Origin: an uncultured Bacteroidia bacterium
GTDB taxonomy: Bacteria; Bacteroidota; Bacteroidia; NS11-12g; UBA955
Length of the DNA: 64,000 nucleotides
Assembly: GCA_943788195.1 (NCBI GenBank)
Contig: CALSPH010000002.1
Location: forward strand, 393,054-457,053
Direction of reading: 5' to 3'
Shown here: one piece after another, positions 21,481 through 30,923 of the stretch
How positions within the stretch are numbered: position 1 is the stretch's first letter
Layout of the letters: each line of letters opens with the position of its first letter
Notes under the pieces: generated by a model
What the model was told of the DNA's origin: nothing
What the model saw: the letters and a program-made list of their open reading frames with translations, nothing else
Databases searched by the model: none
Position numbers and translations under genes: made by a program

Positions 21481-21813
21481 CTATTCCTCTTCTGCTGGAG
21501 CAAGCGTAACTCTTAATCCATTCAAATTGGGTTTAATTGGAATTTGACATCCCAATCTGCTTTTATCGTCATCCACAAAAAAGGCTTCATCCAACATGTC
21601 TTGTTCTGCATCACCCATTTCTGGCAATTCATGTTCACTTTCAATATAGACCTGACATGTGGCACACATTGCCATACCCCCACAGGTTGCTTTCACTGGT
21701 AGTTCATATAGGCGCAAGACCTCCATTAAACTTAAATTCATATCTGTAGGGGCTTCAAGAGTGTGCTCTTCTCCCTCCCGATCAACAACGATTATTTCTA
21801 CGGCATCTTCCAT
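21481..21813 (-). CDS. 2Fe-2S ferredoxin (adrenodoxin type)
   Basis: CGGMAMCATC and SRLGCQI. Confidence 0.93.
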   Translation of the reverse strand: MEDAVEIIVVDREGEEHTLEAPTDMNLSLMEVLRLYELPVKATCGGMAMCATCQVYIESEHELPEMGDAEQDMLDEAFFVDDDKSRLGCQIPIKPNLNGLRVTLAPAEEE

Positions 21814-21815
21814 TA

Positions 21816-22832
21816 TTAAAAACCGTTCACTCCATTAACTGTGGTATATTTTAAGACTAAATTTTTATCTGGATAGATCCGTTTAAACGCTGATTGAACC
21901 ATCAATGTTCCTTCATGAAAACCGCAAAGTATCAGTTTAAGTTTACCAGGATATGTGTTTATATCTCCAATTGCATAAACCCCTTCAAGGTTGGTAGAAT
22001 AATCTGATGTATCCACCACAATGCTATCTTTTTCCAAAGCCAAATCCCAATCACCAATTGGACCCAAAGTCGGTTTCAATCCAAACAATGGAATAAAATA
22101 TTCCGCATCAATAAAGGTTTTTGAATCATCCCCTTTAATCGAAATGCCCACTTTATTTAATTTTTCGGTCCCTTGCAGCTCATCTACTTCTGCATTGGTG
22201 ACCAATTTAATTTTGCCGGTTTCAGCTAGCTTCATCACTTTTTCAACCGAATCCAAGGCTCCTCTAAAACCTGTTCTTCGGTGCACTAGATAAACTTCCT
22301 TGGCGACATCCGCTAAAAATATAGACCAATCCAAGGCCGAGTCGCCTCCACCACTAATTACAACCCGTTGATCTCTATATTTTTCAGGATCCTTTATCAT
22401 ATAATCTACTCCCTTATCTTCGTAATAGTTAATGTTCTCTATCTGAGGTTTTCTTGGGGTAAACACACCTAATCCTCCGGCAACAGCTACATTAGGCGCT
22501 ATGTGTTTGGTACCTGTATTGGTTTCAACACACCATCTACCATCATCCAACTTCGTTAATTTCTCTGCTTTTTCACCTAATGTAAACGCTGGTTTAAAAG
22601 GAGCAATTTGCTCCATTAGGTTTTCGACTAGATCACCCGCTAATATTTCAGGGAAGCCTGGAATATCATAAATGGGTTTCTTGGGGTAAATTTCCGCCAA
22701 TTGCCCACCTGGTATGGGTAATGAATCAATTAAATGACATTTTAGTTTAATCAATCCAGCCTCAAAAACCGTAAATAACCCCACTGGACCTGCCCCGATT
22801 ATTACGATATCTGTTTCAAATGTTTTGCTCAT
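21816..22832 (-). CDS. Ferredoxin-NADP+ reductase (TrxB/YumC type)
   Basis: GAGPVG, YPKKPIYDIPG, GGGDSALDW and YPGKLKLI; no CxxC. Adjacent to the ferredoxin. Confidence 0.88.
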   Translation of the reverse strand: MSKTFETDIVIIGAGPVGLFTVFEAGLIKLKCHLIDSLPIPGGQLAEIYPKKPIYDIPGFPEILAGDLVENLMEQIAPFKPAFTLGEKAEKLTKLDDGRWCVETNTGTKHIAPNVAVAGGLGVFTPRKPQIENINYYEDKGVDYMIKDPEKYRDQRVVISGGGDSALDWSIFLADVAKEVYLVHRRTGFRGALDSVEKVMKLAETGKIKLVTNAEVDELQGTEKLNKVGISIKGDDSKTFIDAEYFIPLFGLKPTLGPIGDWDLALEKDSIVVDTSDYSTNLEGVYAIGDINTYPGKLKLILCGFHEGTLMVQSAFKRIYPDKNLVLKYTTVNGVNGF

Positions 22833-22937
22833 ATTCTCAAATGATGCGCGAAATTACAACCTTTTTAAACCTTTTGTAAGGAAGGCATCATCTAATTTTG
22901 GGATTAACCTCATAAAAACTACTTTTGTTTTCAGGTA

Positions 22938-24965
22938 ATGAACATTGTTTTTTCCAGTCATCTTTTTTGGGTTCCTCTATTGTTTATCAGTAGCTTTTTA
23001 TTGGCCTATTTTTTATATGCTGGTCTAAAGAAACCCAGTTATAAAGTTCTAAAATATCCTGTTTTTCTACTTCTTATATTACGTACCCTAGGATTATTTC
23101 TGCTATCCATTTTATTACTTGCGCCATACCTTAAATATGAAACTAAGGTCAAACATAAACCAGGCATTTCATTCTTGTTAGACGAATCTTTATCGGTAAA
23201 GAACCAAGACAATATTGAAACGTATTATAGTGATTTCATTCGCAAAGCGAAACTGCAACTTAAAGACTATGATTTACGGTTTACCAATTTAAAAGGCGAA
23301 ATCATTCAAGATTCATTGAGACCATCATCCATTGAAACTAACCTATCCGAAGCCATAGAAAACGAAGGCAATCACAGTTCTTTTGACAAGGCCATCGTAC
23401 TTTGTAGTGACGGTATAATAAATGCTGGAGCCAACCCCAATTTCTATCCGCTGTCCATCAATAAACCTATATACACCCTAGGACTTGGAGATACCAATGC
23501 ACTTAAAGATATTAAAGTAAGCAATGCCAAGACGAATGACTTTGTATTACTGGGCAACGACTTCCCGTTGGAGTTTAATATACTTGCCAATGCCTGTAAG
23601 GGAGAACGCATTACGTATCAAGTTACCAATAATGGAGTAAACGTAGGGCAAGGTGCTTTCGAAGTGAATTCAAACCAAGACTTCTATGCCAAGCAGATTA
23701 AAATCGCTGCAAAGCAACCAGGCGTGCAGCGTATTGTAATACAGACCAATGTCCTGAACGATGAAAAGAATAAGGCAAACAACAGCTTAGAGGTTTATGT
23801 AAATGTTTTAGACAATCGCAAAAAAGTGAGCATATTATATCAAGGAGCTCATCCAGATGTCAAAGCCATCCGTACTGCATTAAAAGCGCAGAAAAATTAT
23901 GAATTAACGGTTACGAATTCTACACAAATCGCATTGGAATCTGACGTTATCATCGCTGTACAGGTCCCAAATCGACTATCCGAAGCCAATGCTGGGTATA
24001 ATCTCATCAACAGTAAAAAACCGGTACTCATAGTTGGTGGTGAAATGATGGATTGGAATAAATGGGTGGATGAAATAGGCGAATTACAGGTTAGAACTGC
24101 ACAACCTAATCTGGCTGGATTTAGCTACAATGAAACATTTAATGGATTCTCTACCGAACCTGAAGACCTTGAATTAATGGAACAGTTACCCCCCTTAACC
24201 GTGCCTTTTGCAATTTATCCGAAAAACTTAAACGCAATGTCCTTTCAGATGATTAATGGGATAGCAACCAATTACCCACTCATAGCTACTAGTGCAAAAA
24301 AGCGAAGAGCTGCTATCATATTTGGGGAGGGAATCTGGAGATGGTCGATGCGTGAATATGCTTTGGAAGGCCATCACAACGTAACCGAAAACCTGCTTGA
24401 TCACTTAGTCCAATGGCTTTTATCCGGCCAAGACAAACCATTGTTTTCTATTAGTGCGAGTAAAAGTCGCTTTACAAAAAACGAAAACATATTTCTGAAA
24501 GCAGAGCTATACAATCAAGTATTTGAGCCAATTGTTGATGCCGAAGTGAAAGGCATTCTTACAAAGGATAGTTTTAAGAAAGAAATTATCCTAAGCAATA
24601 ATGGAAGCTATTATACCTACAATTTGGGCGGCTTAGAACCCGGCAATTACCAAGTGGTAGCAAGCACCAAAGGTAAAACGGCCAGTACGGGCTTTTCGGT
24701 GAGTAAAGTTTCACAGGAAGAGCGAATTTTAAAGGCCAATTGGAGTTTGTTATCGCGGTTGAGCGATGATTATAAAGGCTCCTTTTATAGCTACAAGCAA
24801 AATGATTTACTCTTTAATGAACTGAACAACACAATAGATAAAACAGTAGTTGTTAAACACATAAAGAAACTAAAGGACCTTATTCAAATCCCCTACGTGC
24901 TCATGCTCATTGCCTTTCTTTTTGGTTTGGAGTGGATTTTACGTAAATACTATGGAAAACTTTAA
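22938..24965 (+). CDS. Conserved membrane protein with VWA-like and Ig-like regions
   Basis: N-terminal TMs, LLDESLS, SDG, GEGIWRW and C-terminal EWILRK. Confidence 0.7.
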   Translation: MNIVFSSHLFWVPLLFISSFLLAYFLYAGLKKPSYKVLKYPVFLLLILRTLGLFLLSILLLAPYLKYETKVKHKPGISFLLDESLSVKNQDNIETYYSDFIRKAKLQLKDYDLRFTNLKGEIIQDSLRPSSIETNLSEAIENEGNHSSFDKAIVLCSDGIINAGANPNFYPLSINKPIYTLGLGDTNALKDIKVSNAKTNDFVLLGNDFPLEFNILANACKGERITYQVTNNGVNVGQGAFEVNSNQDFYAKQIKIAAKQPGVQRIVIQTNVLNDEKNKANNSLEVYVNVLDNRKKVSILYQGAHPDVKAIRTALKAQKNYELTVTNSTQIALESDVIIAVQVPNRLSEANAGYNLINSKKPVLIVGGEMMDWNKWVDEIGELQVRTAQPNLAGFSYNETFNGFSTEPEDLELMEQLPPLTVPFAIYPKNLNAMSFQMINGIATNYPLIATSAKKRRAAIIFGEGIWRWSMREYALEGHHNVTENLLDHLVQWLLSGQDKPLFSISASKSRFTKNENIFLKAELYNQVFEPIVDAEVKGILTKDSFKKEIILSNNGSYYTYNLGGLEPGNYQVVASTKGKTASTGFSVSKVSQEERILKANWSLLSRLSDDYKGSFYSYKQNDLLFNELNNTIDKTVVVKHIKKLKDLIQIPYVLMLIAFLFGLEWILRKYYGKL

Positions 24966-25293
24966 TGATTTAACCCTACCACAACTCCAATCTAAAGTGG
25001 ACGAGTGGATTAAGAAATATGGTGTCAGGTACTTCTCAGAACTAACCAATATGACCATTCTAACCGAAGAGGTTGGAGAATTAGCAAGATTAATGGCTCG
25101 CACCTATGGTGAACAAAGCTTTAAAACATCGGATAAGGAAAGTACCATTAGAGATGAATTGGCAGATATCATTTGGGTTACAATATGCCTTGCAAACCAG
25201 ATGAACATTGACTTAAGCGACTCATTAAAAAATAACTTTGAAAAAAAAACAGCTCGTGATCAGAAGCGTCATATCGAAAATGACAAATTATAG
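24952..25293 (+). CDS. MazG-like nucleotide pyrophosphohydrolase (YpjD type)
   Basis: YFSELTN..ILTEEVGELAR and DELAD...LANQ. Confidence 0.9.
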   Translation: MENFNDLTLPQLQSKVDEWIKKYGVRYFSELTNMTILTEEVGELARLMARTYGEQSFKTSDKESTIRDELADIIWVTICLANQMNIDLSDSLKNNFEKKTARDQKRHIENDKL

Positions 25294-25364
25294 ATTCAAA
25301 GTTTTTGGTATTGACTGCGAATACAATTAAATTAGCGCAGAAATTTAAAAATAATAAGCAAAAC

Positions 25365-27545
25365 ATGAAAAAAGTATTACTATCAACTTTGGCGATTTTT
25401 ACTTTTGTGCTCAGTTCAAGTGCACAAAACTATTATGCCGTTAAAGGATCCAACTATGCCCCTGCCGGATATGACTTTCAGAAAACGTTTGAAACAGGTG
25501 TGAACACCTTGTTAAATAAAACGAGTAATGATTTAATGTCTACAGAGCAAACTATTCCATTTTCTTTTAATTTCTATGGAACTCCATACACAAAATTTAA
25601 AGCAAGTGACAATGGTTATCTAACATTTAACACAACTTCAACCACTTCGAAGCCACCCTCATTGACTGCATTGCCCACAGCTCCAGGGCCAAACAATGCT
25701 ATCTATGCTTTTTGGCATGATTTTGAGCTTAAAGCAGCTCCAAATCCTAATTTTGCAGTTAAAGTGGTATCTTATACCACAGGTACTGCTCCTAACCGTG
25801 TGCATCACATACAATGGTTTGGTGTTTCAAGGAAAGGTGCTGCTATCGCAGCTAACTCAGATGTGTATTCATTTGCCGTTTCTTTGCATGAAGGAGCTGA
25901 AGGAAATTTCGACTTAACATATAATGTATACGGTAGCACAGCTCCTTCTGGAATTATCGGTTGTGAAAATAATGGTGGAACCGCTGCTAAAATGTTAGGT
26001 GACGCTGTAACTAATTTTAAAAATGCAACGGGTGCTTCTGGAGATATTGTTTATCGTTTTATTTATGGCACTCAAGCCCCTCTTGATGCGGCAGTAATCT
26101 CTACAGACCTAGAAGGTTTTTATAAAACAGCATCAACAGTAAATATTGCAGCTACAGTAACCAATTTTGGTACAACAGCAATCACTACTTTAGATTTAAA
26201 TTACACCATTGGTGCAGGGGCAACACAAACCACCGCTCTTACCGGTCTTGACATTAAAGCAAATGGTGAAAATGCGGTTAAAGTAACAAGCAATAAGCCT
26301 TGGACAGTAGGCACAGCGGGTGACATTGAAGATGTACGTGTTTGGGTATCTAATCCAAATGCCGGAACAGATGGTAACTTAGCTAATAACGAAATAACTA
26401 GAGCCAATGTAATTAGTGTTAATGGAACAAGCGCACAACGTAACTTGTTGTTTGAAGAAGCCACAGGTGCTTGGTGCCAACATTGCCCTGATGCTGATGT
26501 TTATATGGCTAATCTTCGTTCAACTCACGTTGATCGTATTATTATAGCAAGACACCACAATTCAGATTTAATGACGAATTCCCAATCAGATATATTGAAT
26601 TCAGCTTATGCTGCAGGATATCCTTCTGGATACTTTGATCGTACGAAACAATCAGGTCAAACTAATGTTGGAATATCACGTATATTATGGAACCAAGTTG
26701 CTAATAACAGCCTTAGCGTGAGTACTCCTGCCAAGATTAATGTTACTAATGTGGTTTATAATAACACCACAAGAGTGTTAGACTTTACTATCGAAGCAGA
26801 ATTTGTGGATTACTATGGTGGAGATCTTCGAATTGGTGCAATGATCAAAGAAGATGAGATTAGAGGTAACGGTACAGGTTATAACCAAGTAATTTCTGGT
26901 GTTTATACAGGCAACCCAAGTCATATTTTTAGTGGCAAGAAAAACCCAATGGTTGGCTATCCACACGAAGATGTAATTGTTGCTATTCCTTCAGGTGCAT
27001 GGGGATCACCAGGTTCGGTGCCTACAACAGTAGCACCTGCTCAAAAAGTAACTTTTGACTATAGCTATACTCTGCCTGCGCTTACGACTGCAAACATTCC
27101 AACCACAGCAGAATTTTATCCTGTAGGTACTCAAACCAGCAGAAACAAACCTGCGAACACATGGATTATCGGTTTTATTGCTGAATATGATGCAACGGAT
27201 GATACCAAACGTAAAATCTTGAATGCAAACGAAAGACAAATGTGGAATACAGCTGCAGGTGTAACAACCAATGATATTGCTGCTAACACCTTCACATTGG
27301 TGCCAAATACAGCAAACAACCATGTAGAGATTGCGTTGAATTACAACAATCCTGCAGCCAACAATGCTAAGGTAACCATTACCAACCTTGCAGGACAAAC
27401 CATTGGCACGTATAATATGAATGATTTGAAAACAGGAATGAACACATTAAAAATCAATACATCTGATTTTGCAAATGGAATGTATCTTGTAAATATCACT
27501 GGTACAAAAATGAACTTAACGCAAAAATTAGTGATCGCGCATTAA
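25365..27545 (+). CDS. Omp28-related secreted protein with T9SS type-A CTD
   Basis: Signal peptide, FEEATGAWCQHCP thioredoxin-like motif, GYPSG.FDR and C-terminal GMYLVNI...KLVI. Confidence 0.8.
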   Translation: MKKVLLSTLAIFTFVLSSSAQNYYAVKGSNYAPAGYDFQKTFETGVNTLLNKTSNDLMSTEQTIPFSFNFYGTPYTKFKASDNGYLTFNTTSTTSKPPSLTALPTAPGPNNAIYAFWHDFELKAAPNPNFAVKVVSYTTGTAPNRVHHIQWFGVSRKGAAIAANSDVYSFAVSLHEGAEGNFDLTYNVYGSTAPSGIIGCENNGGTAAKMLGDAVTNFKNATGASGDIVYRFIYGTQAPLDAAVISTDLEGFYKTASTVNIAATVTNFGTTAITTLDLNYTIGAGATQTTALTGLDIKANGENAVKVTSNKPWTVGTAGDIEDVRVWVSNPNAGTDGNLANNEITRANVISVNGTSAQRNLLFEEATGAWCQHCPDADVYMANLRSTHVDRIIIARHHNSDLMTNSQSDILNSAYAAGYPSGYFDRTKQSGQTNVGISRILWNQVANNSLSVSTPAKINVTNVVYNNTTRVLDFTIEAEFVDYYGGDLRIGAMIKEDEIRGNGTGYNQVISGVYTGNPSHIFSGKKNPMVGYPHEDVIVAIPSGAWGSPGSVPTTVAPAQKVTFDYSYTLPALTTANIPTTAEFYPVGTQTSRNKPANTWIIGFIAEYDATDDTKRKILNANERQMWNTAAGVTTNDIAANTFTLVPNTANNHVEIALNYNNPAANNAKVTITNLAGQTIGTYNMNDLKTGMNTLKINTSDFANGMYLVNITGTKMNLTQKLVIAH

Positions 27546-27561
27546 TTATTGACCTTACCAT

Positions 27562-27596
27562 AAAAAAGGCCTCCACAAATGTGGAGGCCTTTTTTT
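27562..27596. terminator. Bidirectional intrinsic terminator
   Basis: AAAAAAGGCCTCCACA-AA-TGTGGAGGCCTTTTTT perfect stem between convergent genes. Confidence 0.85.
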
Positions 27597-27617
27597 ATAC
27601 CCTTTAAATATTGCGCT

Positions 27618-28421
27618 TTAAAATGGTGAGCCAGGCTCCTTGCTCACATTTTTATAAATCAAATAATCCACGAATTTAGGAACTCTCCTTGAAAGCCAAA
27701 CCACCAATTTACCTTGGGTGGTTAATATGACCTCATCTTTTCGCTTCAGCATCGATTTAAATATGATTTCTGCCACTTTTTCTGCTGACATGACCTTGTT
27801 CTCGTCTATAGGAGTTTCTCCCTGCTTAGAGCCATCGCTAATCAAAGCTTCTCTTCTGATATTACTTTGCGTATAACCCGGACTGGCTTCCATCACATGG
27901 ATATGATATTTTTTGTTTTCTAGTCTAAGCGACTGTAGAAAACCTCTCAAAGCAAATTTACTCGCCGAATAACCCGTTCTTCCAGGTAAACCTCGGTAAC
28001 CAGCAATGCTGCTAATACCGATCACGCTTCCCTTGTTTTTGATAATATGTTCTAAGGCATGGCGGGTGCAATATACACATCCCATAAAATTTACTTGCAT
28101 AAGTTGCTCCATTACACGCATGCTGGTTTCTGCAAAAACAGAACGCATGCTAATGCCTGCATTATTCACTAAAACATCTATTCTTTGGAAATTGGCTACC
28201 GTCTCATTGATTAAATTGATGCAATCATTTTCAATGGCCACATCACATTGTATTGCAATGGCCACTCCACCTAAACGCTTAATTTCTTCAACCAATTCAT
28301 CCAACTTCGCTTTGCTACGCGCTGCTAATGCCACAGCATATCCTTCCTTAGCATATTTAAATGCCAAAGCTTTTCCAATTCCGCTGCTCGCTCCTGTTAT
28401 TATTGAAACTTTTCTTTCCAT
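27618..28421 (-). CDS. Short-chain dehydrogenase/reductase
   Basis: TGASSGIG, NNAG and YSASK. Confidence 0.92.
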   Translation of the reverse strand: MERKVSIITGASSGIGKALAFKYAKEGYAVALAARSKAKLDELVEEIKRLGGVAIAIQCDVAIENDCINLINETVANFQRIDVLVNNAGISMRSVFAETSMRVMEQLMQVNFMGCVYCTRHALEHIIKNKGSVIGISSIAGYRGLPGRTGYSASKFALRGFLQSLRLENKKYHIHVMEASPGYTQSNIRREALISDGSKQGETPIDENKVMSAEKVAEIIFKSMLKRKDEVILTTQGKLVVWLSRRVPKFVDYLIYKNVSKEPGSPF

Positions 28422-28936
28422 TTAACACTGCATCCAGTTGGAGCTTTATAAGGAAAATCAACATCCACACCATCCAATGCATCTTCAATTGCATCTTCTA
28501 GATAGACATGTGTTACCATTTCTGGGGATTCCCAATTATCATCAATTGCACCTTGATACACCAATTCTCGCTTTGAATTAAACACAAAAGCTTCTGGCGT
28601 TTTAGTAGCCCCAAGTTTATGCGTAAACGTTTGTTTATGATCTCTTAAATAAGGGAAGGCCAATTTTTTTTGATCCGCTAAGCGCACCATATTCTCAAAG
28701 TTATCTTGCGGATACGTTACTTCATTGTTTGGATTAATGGCTATCATCGCTAAGCTATCATCCTCATAACGAGCATATAACTTGGTTAACCGCTTCCAAT
28801 AAGCTTGCGCATATGGACAATGATTGCACGTAATAATAATGACCATCGCGAACTTATCAGCAAAATCATATTTGGTATATTTCTTTCCGTCAACACCTTG
28901 CAAAGAAAAATTAAATAACTTTTGACCTGTTTCCAT
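28400..28936 (-). CDS. Thioredoxin-like/AhpC-TSA family protein
   Basis: CNHCPY, ATKTPE, YQGAIDD and GCSVKW. Confidence 0.88.
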   Translation of the reverse strand: METGQKLFNFSLQGVDGKKYTKYDFADKFAMVIIITCNHCPYAQAYWKRLTKLYARYEDDSLAMIAINPNNEVTYPQDNFENMVRLADQKKLAFPYLRDHKQTFTHKLGATKTPEAFVFNSKRELVYQGAIDDNWESPEMVTHVYLEDAIEDALDGVDVDFPYKAPTGCSVKWKEKFQ

Positions 28937-29000
28937 TTTAGCTTGGTTATTTTTGCAAACCTAATTAATAATTCGCATTATTATAAACCAAATTAGTCCA

Positions 29001-30098
29001 ATGAGTATCGAAATAAAGGAAGTTAGCCAGGCAGAAGAAAATGCATTTATTCAGCTGCCCTATGCCATCTATAAAAACAACCCCGATTTTATCCCGCATA
29101 TTGAGTCAGATATTGCAGCAACATTTGATCCCTCCAAAAACAATTATTTTGAGGAAGGCCAAATTAAACGCTGGCTGGCCTATCAGAATAATCAATGTGT
29201 TGGGCGCATTGCAGCCGGATTCAAACCGAATGAAGAAGATGGAAGAATTGGATTCTTTGAATGCATTGATGATCAAAGTGTTTGTGACCAACTTTTTACG
29301 GTAGCCGAAAAATGGCTCAAATCAGCAGGCAAACAAAGAGTTCAAGCACCCGTTAATTTTGGGAGTCGCGACAGCTTTTGGGGACTAATGATCACCGGAT
29401 TTAAGCGACCCAGTTATCGCGAAAGCTTTAATCCAAGGTATTATCAAACATTAATTGAAAATCAGGGTTATGTTGAAGATTTTAAGCAAACCACATCAGA
29501 AATCGACCCTAAAATATTTAACCATGAGCGCTTTAGTAAGTTAGCAGGGCGCGTGTTGCAAAATGATGCCTATGAATTTAAACATTTGGATTACAGCAAA
29601 ATAGATCAATTTGCAGATGACTTTGTTTACATCTATAATAAAGCCTGGGAAAACCATGATTTCTTTAAACCGCTAAAAAAAGAAGCATTATTGTTAGAAA
29701 TGAAAAAGATGAAACCCATAGCACCGGAAAAGTATAATTGGTTTGTATATGCCAATGGTGAACCGGCAGGTTTCTATATCAATGTGTTGGATGTAAATCA
29801 AGCTTTTAAGCATGTAAATGGGAAACTCAATCTCATTGGTAAGCTTAAATTTTTATGGTATCGAAAGAAAATTGATCGCATTCGTGGGATTGTTTTTGGC
29901 GTAATACCTGCTTATCACAATAAAGGATTGGAAACTGGCATGATTATGAATTTTTATGATTCCATTAGCGAACAAAGCCAATTAAAGAGTGCAGAGCTGT
30001 CATGGATTGGCGACTTTAATCCAAAGATGCAAAGCATGTTTAACAGTTTGGGAGCGGTTACATCAAAGGAACACATGACCTATGCTAAACAAATTTAA
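29001..30098 (+). CDS. GNAT-like (YghO-like) protein
   Basis: VGRIAA, GFFECIDD, FGVIPAYHNKG and ELSWIGDFN. Confidence 0.75.
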   Translation: MSIEIKEVSQAEENAFIQLPYAIYKNNPDFIPHIESDIAATFDPSKNNYFEEGQIKRWLAYQNNQCVGRIAAGFKPNEEDGRIGFFECIDDQSVCDQLFTVAEKWLKSAGKQRVQAPVNFGSRDSFWGLMITGFKRPSYRESFNPRYYQTLIENQGYVEDFKQTTSEIDPKIFNHERFSKLAGRVLQNDAYEFKHLDYSKIDQFADDFVYIYNKAWENHDFFKPLKKEALLLEMKKMKPIAPEKYNWFVYANGEPAGFYINVLDVNQAFKHVNGKLNLIGKLKFLWYRKKIDRIRGIVFGVIPAYHNKGLETGMIMNFYDSISEQSQLKSAELSWIGDFNPKMQSMFNSLGAVTSKEHMTYAKQI

Positions 30099-30105
30099 AA
30101 TTTTC

Positions 30106-30135
30106 TTGTTAGATGTAAAATAATATTTAGATTTG
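30106..30135 (+). promoter_or_regulatory. Bacteroidota housekeeping promoter for tRNA-Lys
   Basis: TTG at 30106, a 19-nt gap, then TAGATTTG (-7 box TAnnTTTG) at 30128. Confidence 0.65.
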
Positions 30136-30178
30136 CACCCTCGTTAGAGAAACACGTTCTTAATAACGATTATAATAT

Positions 30179-30251
30179 GATTCCTTAGCTCAGCTGGTAG
30201 AGCATATCCCTTTTAAGGATAGGGTCCTGGGTTCGAACCCCAGAGGGATCA
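30179..30251 (+). tRNA. tRNA-Lys(TTT)
   Basis: Cloverleaf: acceptor GATTCCT/AGGGATC, anticodon arm TATCC-CTTTTAA-GGATA, GTTCGAA T-loop. CCA not encoded. Confidence 0.97.
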
Positions 30252-30257
30252 CAAAAT
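30239..30257 (+). repeat. tRNA-proximal att copy: 19-bp direct repeat
   Basis: CCCAGAGGGATCACAAAAT, identical to 41249-41267. Confidence 0.92.
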
Positions 30258-30298
30258 AAAAACGCAACCAACTATTAATTAAGTGGTTGCGTTTTTTT
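30258..30298 (+). terminator. Terminator after tRNA-Lys (island-supplied)
   Basis: AAAAACGCAACCA...TGGTTGCGTTTTTTT. Confidence 0.75.
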
Positions 30299-30578
30299 AT
30301 GCGCTTTATTTGTACGATTTCTGTATTGTAGAGGTGCTTTAATCACTTTTCGCTCTTTAAAGATATTATATTCTAATTAAGGATTACTAAAAGTATTAAG
30401 TTTTATTCCTTAAAAATAACTTCATTATAATACTTCTTAGATGGTCTATACCACCAGGGTCGATTAGGGTGGGTAAGTATTAAACCAATTCCAATTAGTT
30501 TTTTTAAAATTAGCATAAACTACTAAATACACATACTACTATCTCCAGAGAATATTCGGCTACACTGCACATAAGCAG

Positions 30579-30640
30579 ATAAGGGAAATAAACTCCATGT
30601 CCAAACTATTAGACATGGAGTTTATCTACTAGTTATGGGC
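30579..30640 (+). repeat. Site 0: degenerate attC-like or primary site at the array start
   Basis: Perfect 14-bp IR ATAAACTCCATGTC/GACATGGAGTTTAT followed by GTTATGGGC. Left core reads ATAAG instead of ATAAC. Confidence 0.55.
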
Positions 30641-30670
30641 AAGTTTATTACATTTGCAACTAAAGTAAAC

Positions 30671-30922
30671 ATGAATACAGATACATTAAAACTAATTCTC
30701 GATAGTATGAGAAAAGAGATCAAGGATAGAAAAACCTATCTTGAATCTTTACGAAAACTAACTACAAAAAAAAGGTTCGAAGTAAATGACGTACTCTTAC
30801 ATCAAGAAATTGTTGGAATCGAAAAATATTTGGAAAATGAGCAATTGTCATTAGAAGAAAAAGAAGAACTTGAAACTATAAAATCTGAATTAACGAAAAT
30901 ATCAACCTCAAAAAACAAATAA
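30671..30922 (+). CDS. Small hypothetical helical protein (cassette 1)
   Basis: ATG at 30671 follows a TACATTTG -7 box at 30649; abuts the next gene. Confidence 0.55.
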   Translation: MNTDTLKLILDSMRKEIKDRKTYLESLRKLTTKKRFEVNDVLLHQEIVGIEKYLENEQLSLEEKEELETIKSELTKISTSKNK

Positions 30923-30923
30923 A

